NCBI GenBank assembly: GCA_964482735.1
Contig: CAYZYV010000001.1
Coordinates: forward strand, 16,172-80,171
Direction of reading: 5' to 3'
From: an uncultured Candidatus Saccharibacteria bacterium
Lineage (GTDB): Bacteria; Patescibacteriota; Minisyncoccia; Phycocordibacterales; UBA9973
Length of the DNA stretch: 64,000 nucleotides
The notes below the pieces were generated by a model. It was not told the origin of the DNA and did not search any database. It saw only the letters and a list, made by a program, of their open reading frames with translations. A program made the translations under genes and the position numbers. Of this stretch, positions 1 through 9,675 are shown one piece after another (the first letter of the stretch is position 1; every line of letters begins with the position of its first letter).

Positions 1-294
1 CCAAAATGTAAATTTATCAAGCAAGATGAAGAAGAGTTAAAAAAGAAAATGACTGACATTACTTGTCCTGTTTGTAACAAAGGTAAAATGATGGAAAGGC
101 GTGGAAGATTTGGAATTTTCTATTCATGTAGCAACTATCCTGATTGTAAGAATGCTATCAAAGCAAAACCAACTGGAAATATTTGTCACCTCTGTGGTGC
201 ATTAATGATGGATGGCACAAAAACTATTCCAGAGAGATGCAGTAACAACAAGTGCCCAAACAATCGACCTGATAAGCTTGAAAAAAATAAATAA
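1..294 (+). CDS. Partial CDS, C-terminal C4 zinc-ribbon repeats of topoisomerase type (likely C-terminus of DNA topoisomerase I). The reading frame is open from position 1.
   Basis: Frame 1 is open from nt 1 to the stop at 292-294. It has CPVCNKGKM...YSCSNYPDCKN and CHLCG...CSNNKCPN Cys4 motifs typical of topoisomerase I C-terminal Zn ribbons. Confidence 0.5.
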   Translation, partial: PKCKFIKQDEEELKKKMTDITCPVCNKGKMMERRGRFGIFYSCSNYPDCKNAIKAKPTGNICHLCGALMMDGTKTIPERCSNNKCPNNRPDKLEKNK

Positions 295-351
295 AAAAAC
301 TCCTAAAAAACATAAACTTTTAAAAAAAATAATAAAGTTTAAAAAAATAAT

Positions 352-1815
352 ATGATTCCCAAAATGGAAGACATCCTATCTCTTGTATTAGAGAAAACGA
401 TGGAAGATGAAAACTTAATAAGAAAGTCTTACAATTTTGCTGAGAAAGCTCATGCTGGGCAAAAAAGAAAAAGTGGAGAGCCGTATTTTATCCACCCAGC
501 TAATGTGGCTAAAATTTTAGCAGAATTAGGATTACCCCCTGTTGTTATAGCTACGGGGCTTGTTCACGATGTTATAGAAGAAACTAAATATTCAAAAGAA
601 GATATATCTAAATTACTAGGATGTGAAGTCGCAGAGTTAGCAGAAAGAGTTGTTAAACTAGGTGATATACGATATAAAGGAACTGAAAAAAATGTTGAAA
701 ATTTAAGAAAATTCTTCGTTTATGAAACAAAAGACTTACGAGCTTTAGTGGTTCGTCTCGCAGACAGATTACATAATGTTGAAACACTTGAATTCGTAGA
801 AAAAAATAAACAAAAAAGAATCGCTTTAGAAACGTTGGAAATATATGCTCACCTAGCGAACAGATTGTCTATGGGGCAATTAAAAAGCAGACTAGAAGAT
901 GCGTCTTTTGAATATGCATACCCCGAAGAATACCAGAAAATTAAAAGTTCTTTAGAAAATAAAAAGGATGTTGGAAAAGAGTATTTAATAGAAACTACAA
1001 CTAGATTAGGGGAAATGATCGAAAGTTCTGGTATAAAAAATGTAACGATAGATTCTCGTCAAAAACATTTATATTCTCTATGGAACAAATTAAACAAATA
1101 TGATTTAACTATTAACAATATCTACGACATTATCGCAATCAGAGTAGTCGTTGAAACAGTAGAAGATTGTTATAAGGTTCTTGGATTAATACATGGACAG
1201 TGGAGACCTATGATGAACAGGATTAGAGATTATATAGCCTCTCCTAAATCAAACGGATATCAAAGTATTCATACTATAATTTACACTGAATCAGGCGGAA
1301 TCGTAGAGATTCAGATACGAACCCAAGATATGCACAACAGAGCGGAAAATGGAGTAGCTGCTCACTTTGCCTATAAAGAAAAAGGTAGTGCTGAAAAAGC
1401 TTTATCTAAAGAAGTAGAATGGTCACACCAGCTTCACGAACTTAATCTATCAAAAAATTACCGAAAAAACTTTGAGCACAAAATAGATTTGGACTTTTTT
1501 GAAGATAGAATCTTTGCCTTCACCCCTAAGGGAGATATTATTGACTTACCCAAAGGAGCTAGTGTTATTGATTTTGCCTATGCTATTCATACAAGCATTG
1601 GAGACCACGCCTTAAGTGGTGTAGTGAACGGCAAAAACTCTTCTCTAAGCACGATTCTAAAAACCAACGATATTGTTGAAATAAAAACAAATAAAAATGG
1701 TAAACCATCTCAAAAATGGCTAGAGTATGCAAAAACAAACCTCGCCAAAAAACATATAAACAGTTATTTTAAAGACAATAGTTTGCTTTCGAAATATATT
1801 TCTTTCGGTAAATAA
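352..1815 (+). CDS. rel: RelA/SpoT-family (p)ppGpp synthetase/hydrolase, short form with HD, synthetase and TGS domains.
   Basis: It has HD-domain motifs (HDVIEE, RLHN), a synthetase core (DIIAIRVVV, GYQSIHT) and a TGS-like C-terminus (FTPKGDIIDLPKGASVIDFAYAIHT). Confidence 0.85.
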   Translation: MIPKMEDILSLVLEKTMEDENLIRKSYNFAEKAHAGQKRKSGEPYFIHPANVAKILAELGLPPVVIATGLVHDVIEETKYSKEDISKLLGCEVAELAERVVKLGDIRYKGTEKNVENLRKFFVYETKDLRALVVRLADRLHNVETLEFVEKNKQKRIALETLEIYAHLANRLSMGQLKSRLEDASFEYAYPEEYQKIKSSLENKKDVGKEYLIETTTRLGEMIESSGIKNVTIDSRQKHLYSLWNKLNKYDLTINNIYDIIAIRVVVETVEDCYKVLGLIHGQWRPMMNRIRDYIASPKSNGYQSIHTIIYTESGGIVEIQIRTQDMHNRAENGVAAHFAYKEKGSAEKALSKEVEWSHQLHELNLSKNYRKNFEHKIDLDFFEDRIFAFTPKGDIIDLPKGASVIDFAYAIHTSIGDHALSGVVNGKNSSLSTILKTNDIVEIKTNKNGKPSQKWLEYAKTNLAKKHINSYFKDNSLLSKYISFGK

Positions 1816-1817
1816 AT

Positions 1818-1850
1818 TAAACCCCACAATTTCATTGTGGGGTTTAATTT
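1818..1850. terminator. Bidirectional hairpin between the convergent rel and parB genes.
   Basis: aaccccacaat-ttc-attgtggggtt is a perfect 11-bp stem flanked by A/T runs. Confidence 0.55.
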
Positions 1851-2863
1851 TAGATTGAGAAATTTTTTATATTATACAAGTCTATGTCTTCTTCTGTTTT
1901 CTTAATTTCTTCTTCTGTCCTATCGTCTATTAAGTGAAGGTTTTCTTCTTCACTAGTTTCTTCTTGTTTAGTAACTTCTTTTTGTTCTGGTTGAGAGATG
2001 GAGATAAATTTATCGAGCATTTCTGTTGGGTTACGATTCTCGTTATTTTTAATGATTTCTAAAATAGTATGTAAATCATCATTGGTAAAGAAATCGATAG
2101 TAATATATCCTCCGTTTTCTTTTTTCTCTATATGAACTCTCGTTCCTAGAGATTCTTGCAATTTTTCTTCCATTTCTGCAATTTCTGGATCTACCAAATA
2201 CTCTTTCTTTCGAACTCTATCATAAGCAATTCTTCTAGCAGCTTTTTCTGCATCTCGAACAGTCATCTTTTTAAAGACTATTTCCTTGAATAAAACATTT
2301 TGCTCTTCAGGTCTATCAGCTAGCATTAGAATTGGTCTTGTATGACCTTCACTAATTTTCCCTTCTGACAACGCATCTAGAATTTCTTGAGGTAATGATA
2401 GTAGTCGTAGTGTGTTTGAAACATACTCACGGCTTTTACCAACTTTTTGCCCCACCTGAGCATGAGTAAATTTAAACTCTTCTACGAGACGCATGAAGGC
2501 TCTCGCCCTCTCTACCGCATTTAAGTCTTCTCTTTGTAAGTTTTCTATTATGGCAAGTTCTAGTTTTGCCATGTTGTCATCACCCACTCGGATAATTACA
2601 GGAATCTCTTTTAGACCTGCAATTTTAGAAGCACGTAACCTACGTTCTCCTGCGATCAATTCATATTCAACTGACATACCTCCATCTTCTCTGGTCATTT
2701 CAATTCTTGAAACTACGAGGGGTTGAAGCACTCCATACTGTCGAATAGAATCGGCTAAATCCTTTAATCGTTCTTCATCAAACTCTCTTCTAGGTTGAAA
2801 AGGGTTTGGTTTTATTTTTTCTATATCTACCCAAAAAATTGAATTATTATAAAGCTGTGACAT
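1850..2863 (-). CDS. parB: ParB/Spo0J chromosome partitioning protein.
   Basis: It has the ParB N-terminal box (KPNPFQPRREFDEERLKDLADSIRQYGVLQPLVV) and GERRLRASKIAGLKEIPVII. Confidence 0.85.
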   Translation of the reverse strand: MSQLYNNSIFWVDIEKIKPNPFQPRREFDEERLKDLADSIRQYGVLQPLVVSRIEMTREDGGMSVEYELIAGERRLRASKIAGLKEIPVIIRVGDDNMAKLELAIIENLQREDLNAVERARAFMRLVEEFKFTHAQVGQKVGKSREYVSNTLRLLSLPQEILDALSEGKISEGHTRPILMLADRPEEQNVLFKEIVFKKMTVRDAEKAARRIAYDRVRKKEYLVDPEIAEMEEKLQESLGTRVHIEKKENGGYITIDFFTNDDLHTILEIIKNNENRNPTEMLDKFISISQPEQKEVTKQEETSEEENLHLIDDRTEEEIKKTEEDIDLYNIKNFSI

Positions 2864-2970
2864 GCTTCTATTTTATCACAATTCAATTAAGATGAAAAAT
2901 AACTACTATTGACATAATAAAGTTAGAGTGTTAATCTTAAATAAAATAACCCATAAAAATTTAAGAAGAA

Positions 2971-3297
2971 ATGGGAACGAAAGCTCAGGAACTGTTATCT
3001 TTCTTTGGATTTACAGGAGAAGGATATGACGATCTTGCTAACGTAATTGCAGAAATTGCGAATGAATCTGACAGTAGTCAGGTGATTACTAAGGATATAA
3101 AATCTTTACCGTTCGGTTTTGGTCTACAAGATGAAGCCGATGAATTTGTGATAATAGATATTATTCAATTTATTCTAGCTGACATAGTTCCTAAAACAAG
3201 TAAAAAAAACTTCATTGTCAGCCATTTTCATTTAGATACTGACCACATCAAGAAGAAGACCTGTGGAAAGATAACCGTTGAAGTTGAAACATTATAA
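2971..3297 (+). CDS. Hypothetical acidic protein.
   Basis: It is an ORF with no recognisable motif, followed by a hairpin plus T-run at 3321-3353. Confidence 0.3.
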   Translation: MGTKAQELLSFFGFTGEGYDDLANVIAEIANESDSSQVITKDIKSLPFGFGLQDEADEFVIIDIIQFILADIVPKTSKKNFIVSHFHLDTDHIKKKTCGKITVEVETL

Positions 3298-3320
3298 TTT
3301 CTTTCCCCTATAGTAATTTT

Positions 3321-3353
3321 AAAAAACCCGGCAATCAAAAGCTGGGGTTTTTA
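3321..3353 (+). terminator. Rho-independent terminator-like hairpin after the hypothetical gene.
   Basis: cccggc-aatcaaaa-gctggggttttt. Confidence 0.4.
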
Positions 3354-3375
3354 TTTGTGCGCCGGGAGGGATTCG
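3354..3375. repeat. Duplicated 3'-end fragment of tRNA-Tyr. It is a direct repeat of 3540-3561 and looks like an att-like scar.
   Basis: tttgtgcgccgggagggattcg occurs at 3354-3375 and 3540-3561. The second copy is the genuine 3' acceptor/T-arm of the tRNA-Tyr on the minus strand. Confidence 0.6.
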
Positions 3376-3543
3376 GTCACTCTCGTGGATATTTTATTTC
3401 GTTATTACTCATAAAATATCTCACTCGCTCGACCCCCACTCGCTCCGGCCGCTTCGCGGACTTCGTCGGAGCTCGGTTCGAATCCTCCCGCTAGCTACAA
3501 AATAAAATCACCCAGTATTCCATACTGGGTTCATTTATTTTTG

Positions 3544-3626
3544 TGCGCCGGGAGGGATTCGAACCCCCGTAGCCCGAAGGCGTTTGATTTACAGTCAAAT
3601 GCAATTGACCACTCTGCCACCGACGC
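3544..3626 (-). tRNA. tRNA-Tyr (anticodon GTA), class II with a long variable arm. CCA is not encoded.
   Basis: Manual fold of the reverse complement gives GCGTCGG acceptor pairing with CCGGCGC, a D-arm, anticodon stem TTTGA/TCAAA with loop CTGTAAA, a 14-nt variable arm and T-arm GGGGG-TTCGAAT-CCCTC. Confidence 0.8.
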
Positions 3627-3686
3627 ATATTGTAAAACTTACACTAACATCTAACCAAACTTATATTGTAAACACTGCTCTATAAT

Positions 3687-3728
3687 TTGTGCGCCCCGTA
3701 GCTTTACTATTCTGGGGCCACCGACGCA
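3687..3728 (-). pseudogene. Internally deleted, degenerate copy of the tRNA-Tyr gene with conserved flanks.
   Basis: It shares ttgtgcgcc...ccccgtagc...ccaccgacgcatattgtaaaact with the intact locus but lacks the T-arm and anticodon arm. The same 3' flank (atattgtaaaact) follows both copies. Confidence 0.45.
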
Positions 3729-3775
3729 TATTGTAAAACTAATACTAACTACAATAGTATACACATTTTTTCTTT

Positions 3776-3812
3776 TTTTTCAAATACAAAAAAATAGAGG
3801 CCAAGCCTCTAT
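3776..3812 (-). terminator. Terminator hairpin downstream of the S51 peptidase gene.
   Basis: atagaggc-caa-gcctctat stem followed by a T-run on the minus strand. Confidence 0.5.
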
Positions 3813-3830
3813 TAATTTATTAGATTATCA

Positions 3831-4448
3831 CTATCCTCCCTGTATCACTTCTCCTCCTGCTATTTTCAACCAATTACTTTTTGAAAGGTAGCAGAGCGGC
3901 AAGTCATAGAATTTACGAAACCATCTTGCGATAGATTCGTCAGGTTTTACTTCGTAATTCTGATGAATTTGAAAGTCTACCAGATTCAATCCTTCAACTG
4001 CCCAAGGAATTGTCATAGAGATACTACCTTGAAAAATAAATGGACAGGCGATTAATACTCCGTCTTTGATTCCGATGTACTTCTTTTGCCCATTCATAAC
4101 CAAGTTCGCAATCGTATCAAAGATATCTCTTTGCTTAAGAAAACGGACTAGATTATAAATATCATTACCTTCTACAAAGAAGGCTTTGACCTCGGGTTGG
4201 AACAATAGTGTCTTAGACTTAACCACTTCTTCAATTGGAATAACACTATATCCAATCTTTGAGAAAAAGTGTTCCGCTTTATCAGAAGGAAGACCAACAG
4301 CGTCGGTTTCTTCTGCGTTTACATAAACAATGATTTCCCCTTTTTTTGCCGGCCCCAAGAATTTTATCAACTGTTGAGAACAGTGATCCAAATAGTGAGC
4401 CCCAGTGCCACAGAAAGGGTCTCCGATTAAAAACAGTTCCTTGTTCAT
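3831..4448 (-). CDS. Peptidase S51 family (PepE / cyanophycinase-like dipeptidase).
   Basis: The length and motifs (FVEGNDIYNL...IGIKDGVLIACPFI) resemble the S51 fold. The call is moderate. Confidence 0.5.
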   Translation of the reverse strand: MNKELFLIGDPFCGTGAHYLDHCSQQLIKFLGPAKKGEIIVYVNAEETDAVGLPSDKAEHFFSKIGYSVIPIEEVVKSKTLLFQPEVKAFFVEGNDIYNLVRFLKQRDIFDTIANLVMNGQKKYIGIKDGVLIACPFIFQGSISMTIPWAVEGLNLVDFQIHQNYEVKPDESIARWFRKFYDLPLCYLSKSNWLKIAGGEVIQGG

Positions 4449-4566
4449 AATTGTATGATTTTAGAGTGAATATTCAATTTCAACATAAATCTATCACATT
4501 AAGGCTTTTTGTCAAATATAACACAAGAATAAAAACGAAGGTTTTACCTTCGTTTTTATTCTTGTG

Positions 4567-7239
4567 TTACTTGGTTTTTTTAGAAACTTTAGTTTTCTTC
4601 TTTTTGTTTTCTACTAAAATTTCTTCATTTTTAACAGTAACTGAGATAACATCTCCTTTTTTTACACCCTTAGTAATTATGAGCATTGCTATTGGATTAA
4701 GTATCTTTTCTTGAATTAACCTAGATAGGGGTCTTGCTCCAAAATGAGGATCGTAACCTTCTTTGGCTAAATGATCGAGAGAACTTTCGGTTATTTCCAT
4801 CGTAATACCCTTCTCAAGTAATCTCTTTTCTGTGATCTTAATTTTTAGGTCGACTATTTGTCTAATCGCTTTTTCTGAAAGTATATCAAAGACAATTACA
4901 TCATCTAATCTATTTAAAAATTCTGGTTTAAAGAAATCTTTTAGAGCCCCCATGACTTTATCTTTAGTGATATCGTATTCATCTCGTTCTCCGTTATTAC
5001 TAAAACCCAACGATTCCATCTTTTGTATCAAGTGTGAACCAAGATTGGAAGTTAGAATAATAACAGTGTTTTTGAAATTTATTACTCTTCCCTTGCCGTC
5101 TGTTAGTCGTCCATCGTCTAAGACTTGTAATAAAACGTTTAAAACTTCAGGGTGAGCTTTTTCAACTTCATCAAACAATACCACAGAATAAGGTCTATGC
5201 TTTACGGCTTCTGTTAGGCTCCCAGATTCATCATACCCAACATATCCTGGTGGAGAACCAATAAGCTTAGACACACTATGTCTTTCTCCGTATTCACTCA
5301 TGTCTACTCTAACTAGAGCCTTATCATCATTAAACATAAACTCAGCTAAAGCTTTGGTTAATTCTGTCTTACCCACTCCTGTAGGTCCCAAGAATATGAA
5401 TGAACCAATTGGTTTATTTGGATCTCCAATACCAGCACGATTGCGTCTTACAACATCAGAAATCTTTTTAATAGCTTCATCCTGACCTATAACTCGTTTA
5501 TGCAATTCATCTTCCATGTGTGCTAGCTTTTCCATCTCTTCCTCGAGCATTTTTTGCAAAGGAATTCCAGTCCACCTTGAGACAACAGCCGCAACATCCT
5601 CCTCCGTTATTTCTTCTTTTAGTATTCTTCTAGACTTCTGTAGTTTTTTTAGACGAGAAAGCTTTTGATTTAGTTTATTTTGTAAATCTGGAATTCGTCC
5701 ATAGCGAATTTCCGCTGCCCTTCCTAGGTCAGCATGCATCTCAGCATTTTCAGCTTCTAATCTAAGAGATTCTAATTCTTTTTTAATGTTTCTAATTTCT
5801 ACAACAGTTTCTTTCTCGTTTTTCCACTTTAATTCCAATTCATAAGTTTTTTCTTTTAGATTAGCAATTTCTTTTTCGATATCTTTCAATCTAGATTTTT
5901 CTACCTTATGATTATTGCTTCCTTTTTCTCTTTCTATTTCTTTTGTTAACGCAGCTTTTTCTACTTCAAAACGCATTATCTTTCGATCTGCATCTTCCAA
6001 TATCTCAGGTTTATTTTCAAGCGCCAAACGTAGAGAAGATGAGGCTTCGTCAATCAAGTCAACTGCTTTATCTGGCAAAAAACGATTCGTTATATATCTA
6101 GCACTCAAATTGACCGCGGACAAAATAGCGTCATCTGTAATTCTTACTCCGTGGAATAATTCATACTTTTCTTTTAATCCCCGAAGAATTGCAACAGCAT
6201 CTTCTATGCTTGGTTCATCAATATAAACAGGCTGGAATCTTCTGGCTAGAGCTGGGTCTTTTTCAATATATTTCTGATATTCTTTTAAGGTTGTTGCCCC
6301 AATGGCTCGAAGCTCGCCTCTTGCAAGTGCTGGTTTTAGCATATTAGAAGCATCTAGAGATCCTTCAGAAGAACCAGCCCCGACGATTGTATGTATTTCA
6401 TCTATAAATAAAATTATCTGACCACTAGACCTTTCAATTTCTTTCATTATGCCTCTTAGCCTTTCTTCGAATTCCCCTCTGTATTTTGTTCCAGACAAAA
6501 GAAGTCCGAGGTCTAGCGAAACAACTTCTTTGTCTTTTAGACTCTCTGGAACATCATTTTTTGCGATACGAATAGCCAAGGCTTCTGCCACTGCAGTTTT
6601 ACCAGTTCCAGCTTCTCCTATGAGAATAGGATTATTTTTTGTTCGGCGAGAAAGAATTTGCATCATTCTCATTATCTCTGTATCTCTTCCGATAACAGGA
6701 TCAAGTTTATCCTCCCTAGCTAAAGCCGTCAGATTGCGAGTAAATTTAGCTAGAAGTTTAGGTTTCTTGGAGATGTTCATATCATTAATGTTTTCATCTC
6801 TGAGCTGTTTTAAAACTTCTATTACCTTATTTCTTTCTATTCTAAATCTCAAAAGCAAATCTCTTGCCTCTCCTTCGGTATCAAGCAAAGAAACGAATAG
6901 GTGTTCGGTGGATACAAATTCATCTTTTAAGGAAACAGCGACTTTGGCTGAATTTTCAATAATTTGAGCTAGGTCAGGAGTTAGGTAAATCTGAAACGAA
7001 GGAGAAATTGTATTACGATTCTCTGGTGACTCAATCATTTCTATCAAATTGTCAGTTAGTAAAACAGTATCAACGTCCATCTTGTCCAAGATAGAAACAA
7101 TAAGAGAATTTTCTTGAACCATCAGAGCCGTCAAAAGATGTAAGGAATTAACATGATTCTGCCCCCTTTCGACGGCTAGTTCATGGGACTTCCTGATAAC
7201 CTCCTTAGCTTTAGTTGTAAAATTATTAAATGGTGGCAT
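4567..7239 (-). CDS. clpB: ClpB chaperone (AAA+ disaggregase).
   Basis: It has a Clp_N domain, two AAA modules ([12 protein letters not shown] and [15 protein letters not shown]) and a long coiled-coil M-domain between them. Confidence 0.9.
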   Translation of the reverse strand: MPPFNNFTTKAKEVIRKSHELAVERGQNHVNSLHLLTALMVQENSLIVSILDKMDVDTVLLTDNLIEMIESPENRNTISPSFQIYLTPDLAQIIENSAKVAVSLKDEFVSTEHLFVSLLDTEGEARDLLLRFRIERNKVIEVLKQLRDENINDMNISKKPKLLAKFTRNLTALAREDKLDPVIGRDTEIMRMMQILSRRTKNNPILIGEAGTGKTAVAEALAIRIAKNDVPESLKDKEVVSLDLGLLLSGTKYRGEFEERLRGIMKEIERSSGQIILFIDEIHTIVGAGSSEGSLDASNMLKPALARGELRAIGATTLKEYQKYIEKDPALARRFQPVYIDEPSIEDAVAILRGLKEKYELFHGVRITDDAILSAVNLSARYITNRFLPDKAVDLIDEASSSLRLALENKPEILEDADRKIMRFEVEKAALTKEIEREKGSNNHKVEKSRLKDIEKEIANLKEKTYELELKWKNEKETVVEIRNIKKELESLRLEAENAEMHADLGRAAEIRYGRIPDLQNKLNQKLSRLKKLQKSRRILKEEITEEDVAAVVSRWTGIPLQKMLEEEMEKLAHMEDELHKRVIGQDEAIKKISDVVRRNRAGIGDPNKPIGSFIFLGPTGVGKTELTKALAEFMFNDDKALVRVDMSEYGERHSVSKLIGSPPGYVGYDESGSLTEAVKHRPYSVVLFDEVEKAHPEVLNVLLQVLDDGRLTDGKGRVINFKNTVIILTSNLGSHLIQKMESLGFSNNGERDEYDITKDKVMGALKDFFKPEFLNRLDDVIVFDILSEKAIRQIVDLKIKITEKRLLEKGITMEITESSLDHLAKEGYDPHFGARPLSRLIQEKILNPIAMLIITKGVKKGDVISVTVKNEEILVENKKKKTKVSKKTK

Positions 7240-7295
7240 ATATTTTTATTTAAAGATTAATTTTATATACTTACAAGTTTTATTATACTTTCTCT

Positions 7296-7395
7296 TGCCC
7301 TGTAGTAAGCTTTGCTTTATTACCGAGGTCTCGTCCCGTAGTAAATTTAAAAAGCATCTTGTCCTGTAGTAAGCTTTGCTTTACTACTGGGGTCG
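7296..7395. repeat. Two copies of a ~37-nt hairpin repeat family (cctgtagtaagctttgctttactactgggg). A third copy lies at 30268-30306.
   Basis: Near-identical direct repeats at 7296-7332 and 7359-7395 each form a 9-bp stem. The second copy is followed by a T-run. Confidence 0.5.
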
Positions 7396-7450
7396 TTTTT
7401 AAATTTTACTACCGGGATTAGCAAAATAGGTGGCAGAGAGTAAATTTAGT

Positions 7451-7987
7451 CTAGTTATTATTTTGAGTTTCTGTTTCAGTAGTTTCTTCAACAGGTTTTT
7501 GACTAGATTTATCTTCACCTATCTTTAAAATAGCAAAACCATTATCAAAATTTTTAAGAGTATAAACACTAAACATATCTTCACCTAACTGAACTTCATA
7601 TTTATCTTTATTATCTATAATGTTTGTATTTACCAGAATTAATCCTTCATCAGAAATAATAACACCTTGTCCTATTTCTTTATCTTTTTCTTCTAAACTG
7701 TTCTCACCGGTCGCAACACTTGGTATTTTCTTAAATATAGACACTAGCTGATTACCACTATTTATATTTAATGTATCACCTGATTTTGATTCTTGATCTT
7801 TAGTTTCTTCAACTGTAGTAACTTTTTCTATCGTTCTTTGTATGACATTATTAATCGTCTGAGGAACTGTTGGTGGCATTTGCTTCATTAGAGATACAGT
7901 TACAATTCCTGTACCTATAGAGACTACAAAAGTGATTAACAATGTTAATAAAATCAATTGTTTTTTGTTTAATTCGTTTATATCCAT
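7451..7987 (-). CDS. Membrane-anchored protein with a degenerate trypsin/HtrA-like segment.
   Basis: It has an N-terminal TM helix. The C-terminal GQGVIISDEGLILVNTNII...ILKIGED resembles the HtrA N-lobe but has Asn where the catalytic His is expected. Confidence 0.35.
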   Translation of the reverse strand: MDINELNKKQLILLTLLITFVVSIGTGIVTVSLMKQMPPTVPQTINNVIQRTIEKVTTVEETKDQESKSGDTLNINSGNQLVSIFKKIPSVATGENSLEEKDKEIGQGVIISDEGLILVNTNIIDNKDKYEVQLGEDMFSVYTLKNFDNGFAILKIGEDKSSQKPVEETTETETQNNN

Positions 7988-8071
7988 CCCGTACGAAAAT
8001 AATTAATACTAATAGTTACATTATATACTATCTGTGCATAATAATAAACTCATCAAATTAAACAATATATG

Positions 8072-8362
8072 TTATTTTTGTACGGGATCCATTCCTTCAA
8101 AATGCCTTTTTAATCTTGATTTTAAAAATAACTTTCCTCTTCCTGGTTTTAGATAAATTTCTCTAGCTTTAGCATCAAACTCATTAAGGCAGGCTTCATA
8201 GTATACAAGCTCATAAGGACCTCTATACTTAGTATAGGTTGAAAATCCACTTTTATGCTCTTTTATACGCCTCTTTAGATCATTCGTATACCCAGTATAT
8301 AAATTCCTATCTTTAGTACTTTTTAATACATAAGTATAAAACATAATAATTAATTTTATCAC
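8072..8362 (-). CDS. GIY-YIG nuclease superfamily small protein (UPF0213/YhbQ-like).
   Basis: YVLKS...LYTGYTNDLKRRIKEH GIY-YIG motif, ~96 aa. Confidence 0.7.
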   Translation of the reverse strand: MIKLIIMFYTYVLKSTKDRNLYTGYTNDLKRRIKEHKSGFSTYTKYRGPYELVYYEACLNEFDAKAREIYLKPGRGKLFLKSRLKRHFEGMDPVQK

Positions 8363-8372
8363 TATTCGTTTA

Positions 8373-9632
8373 TTATTTCCACTCGCTATATTTTGACAAA
8401 ATTCTGGAAAGTCCTTTTACTAAAGCATCTAAATTACTTTTCACTGTCTGTCTTCCTAACGTGATTCGGATAGACCCAATAGTTTGATCTTTATTTCCAT
8501 TTATCGCTTTAATTACGTATGACCCTTTATCATCTTCACTCTTGCAAGCACTTTTTTCTGAAACATAAGCACCGAGTGCAGATAATTCTATGACAACCAG
8601 CTCGCTTGGTAACCCATCTATAGTTATGTTTATGTTGTTTGGTAATCTATTTTCTTTATCTCCATTTAATTTAATTTCGAAAGGATATTTTTTTGATAAA
8701 TCTAAAATTTTATCTATCCCATAATTTCTTAATTTTATTAATCGAAGTGATTCTTTTTCTTTTATTTTATTAGTTATCTCATGCGCAAGGTTTAAACTGT
8801 TTATCAAAGAAACACTCTCCGTGCCTGATCGTAATCCAAATTCCTGCCCTCCTCCGTTATAGATTGGAGTAATATCAACATTTCTTTTTTTAATAAGAAC
8901 ACCTATTCCTTTTGGTCCATAAATCTTAGAACTATTGAAAGTCATTAAATCAACCCCTAATTTATCTATGTTTTCTGTGAACAAATAATTCATTGCCTGG
9001 CAAGCATCAGTGTGAAAGAGAGGAAAATCGACTAAGTAAGGTCTTGCCTTAAGGGAGTCCAAGGCAAGATCTTGAGAAGTCGATTTTCCCTTTTTAAATC
9101 TCCTAATAATTTTTGCTATTTCTTCTATTGGTTCTATAGTACCTATTTCGTTATTTGCATACATCACAGAAACCAACACGGTATTTTCCTTGAGAGACTC
9201 TTTTAAAATTTTTAAATCAATTACACCGTTTTCTAGTACTGGAATATAAGAAGCTTCTATTATTTTCTTGCTTTCTAAATTTCTGATATTCTCTAGGACT
9301 GCAGGATGTTCTATCTCTGAAGTAATTACATGAGGGATAACATCTGGGAAACGATTAATAAAGGAATTAACAGTTCCAATTATAGCTAGCGCATCACTCT
9401 CTGTTCCGCTTCCTGTAAAAATTATTTCATCGGCATGAGCGTTCAATCTTTTTGCTATTTCTGATCTAGCACGTTCAACTACACTCCTGGTTTCTATCCC
9501 CTTTTTATATATAGTACTAGCATTGGCATAAAATTTTTTTTCTGTTTTGTGTAAAATTTTCAAAACTCTCCTGTCGATAGGAGTAGCACTTGCATAATCT
9601 AAGTAGATATCTTTTTGTGGTCTTAATCTCAT
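8373..9632 (-). CDS. Class V aminotransferase / cysteine desulfurase (IscS/NifS-like).
   Basis: It has a PLP-fold (HTDACQA) and an S-x-x-K lysine region (FNSSKIYGPKGIGVL). Confidence 0.8.
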   Translation of the reverse strand: MRLRPQKDIYLDYASATPIDRRVLKILHKTEKKFYANASTIYKKGIETRSVVERARSEIAKRLNAHADEIIFTGSGTESDALAIIGTVNSFINRFPDVIPHVITSEIEHPAVLENIRNLESKKIIEASYIPVLENGVIDLKILKESLKENTVLVSVMYANNEIGTIEPIEEIAKIIRRFKKGKSTSQDLALDSLKARPYLVDFPLFHTDACQAMNYLFTENIDKLGVDLMTFNSSKIYGPKGIGVLIKKRNVDITPIYNGGGQEFGLRSGTESVSLINSLNLAHEITNKIKEKESLRLIKLRNYGIDKILDLSKKYPFEIKLNGDKENRLPNNINITIDGLPSELVVIELSALGAYVSEKSACKSEDDKGSYVIKAINGNKDQTIGSIRITLGRQTVKSNLDALVKGLSRILSKYSEWK

Positions 9633-9675
9633 ATTTTATATAATATCATATTTAGGGATTGTAAAAAAAGCTTTA

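Noticed and set aside
3376-3500. A possible second tRNA, suggested by the T-loop-like GGTTCGAATCC.
   Set aside because: Flanking bases (CTCGG/CCTCC) cannot form a T-stem, and no acceptor or anticodon arms could be folded on either strand. It is treated as a tRNA-like fragment or foreign remnant.
6449-6967. Opposite-strand ORFs inside clpB, ileS, pilins, infB, the SBP gene and others (e.g. 4832-5155, 5915-6226, 10667-11389, 13478-13783, 14863-15558, 22000-22335, 34837-35049, 60869-62926).
   Set aside because: They are fully embedded antisense within well-supported genes, have low-complexity composition and lack motifs. They are treated as spurious.
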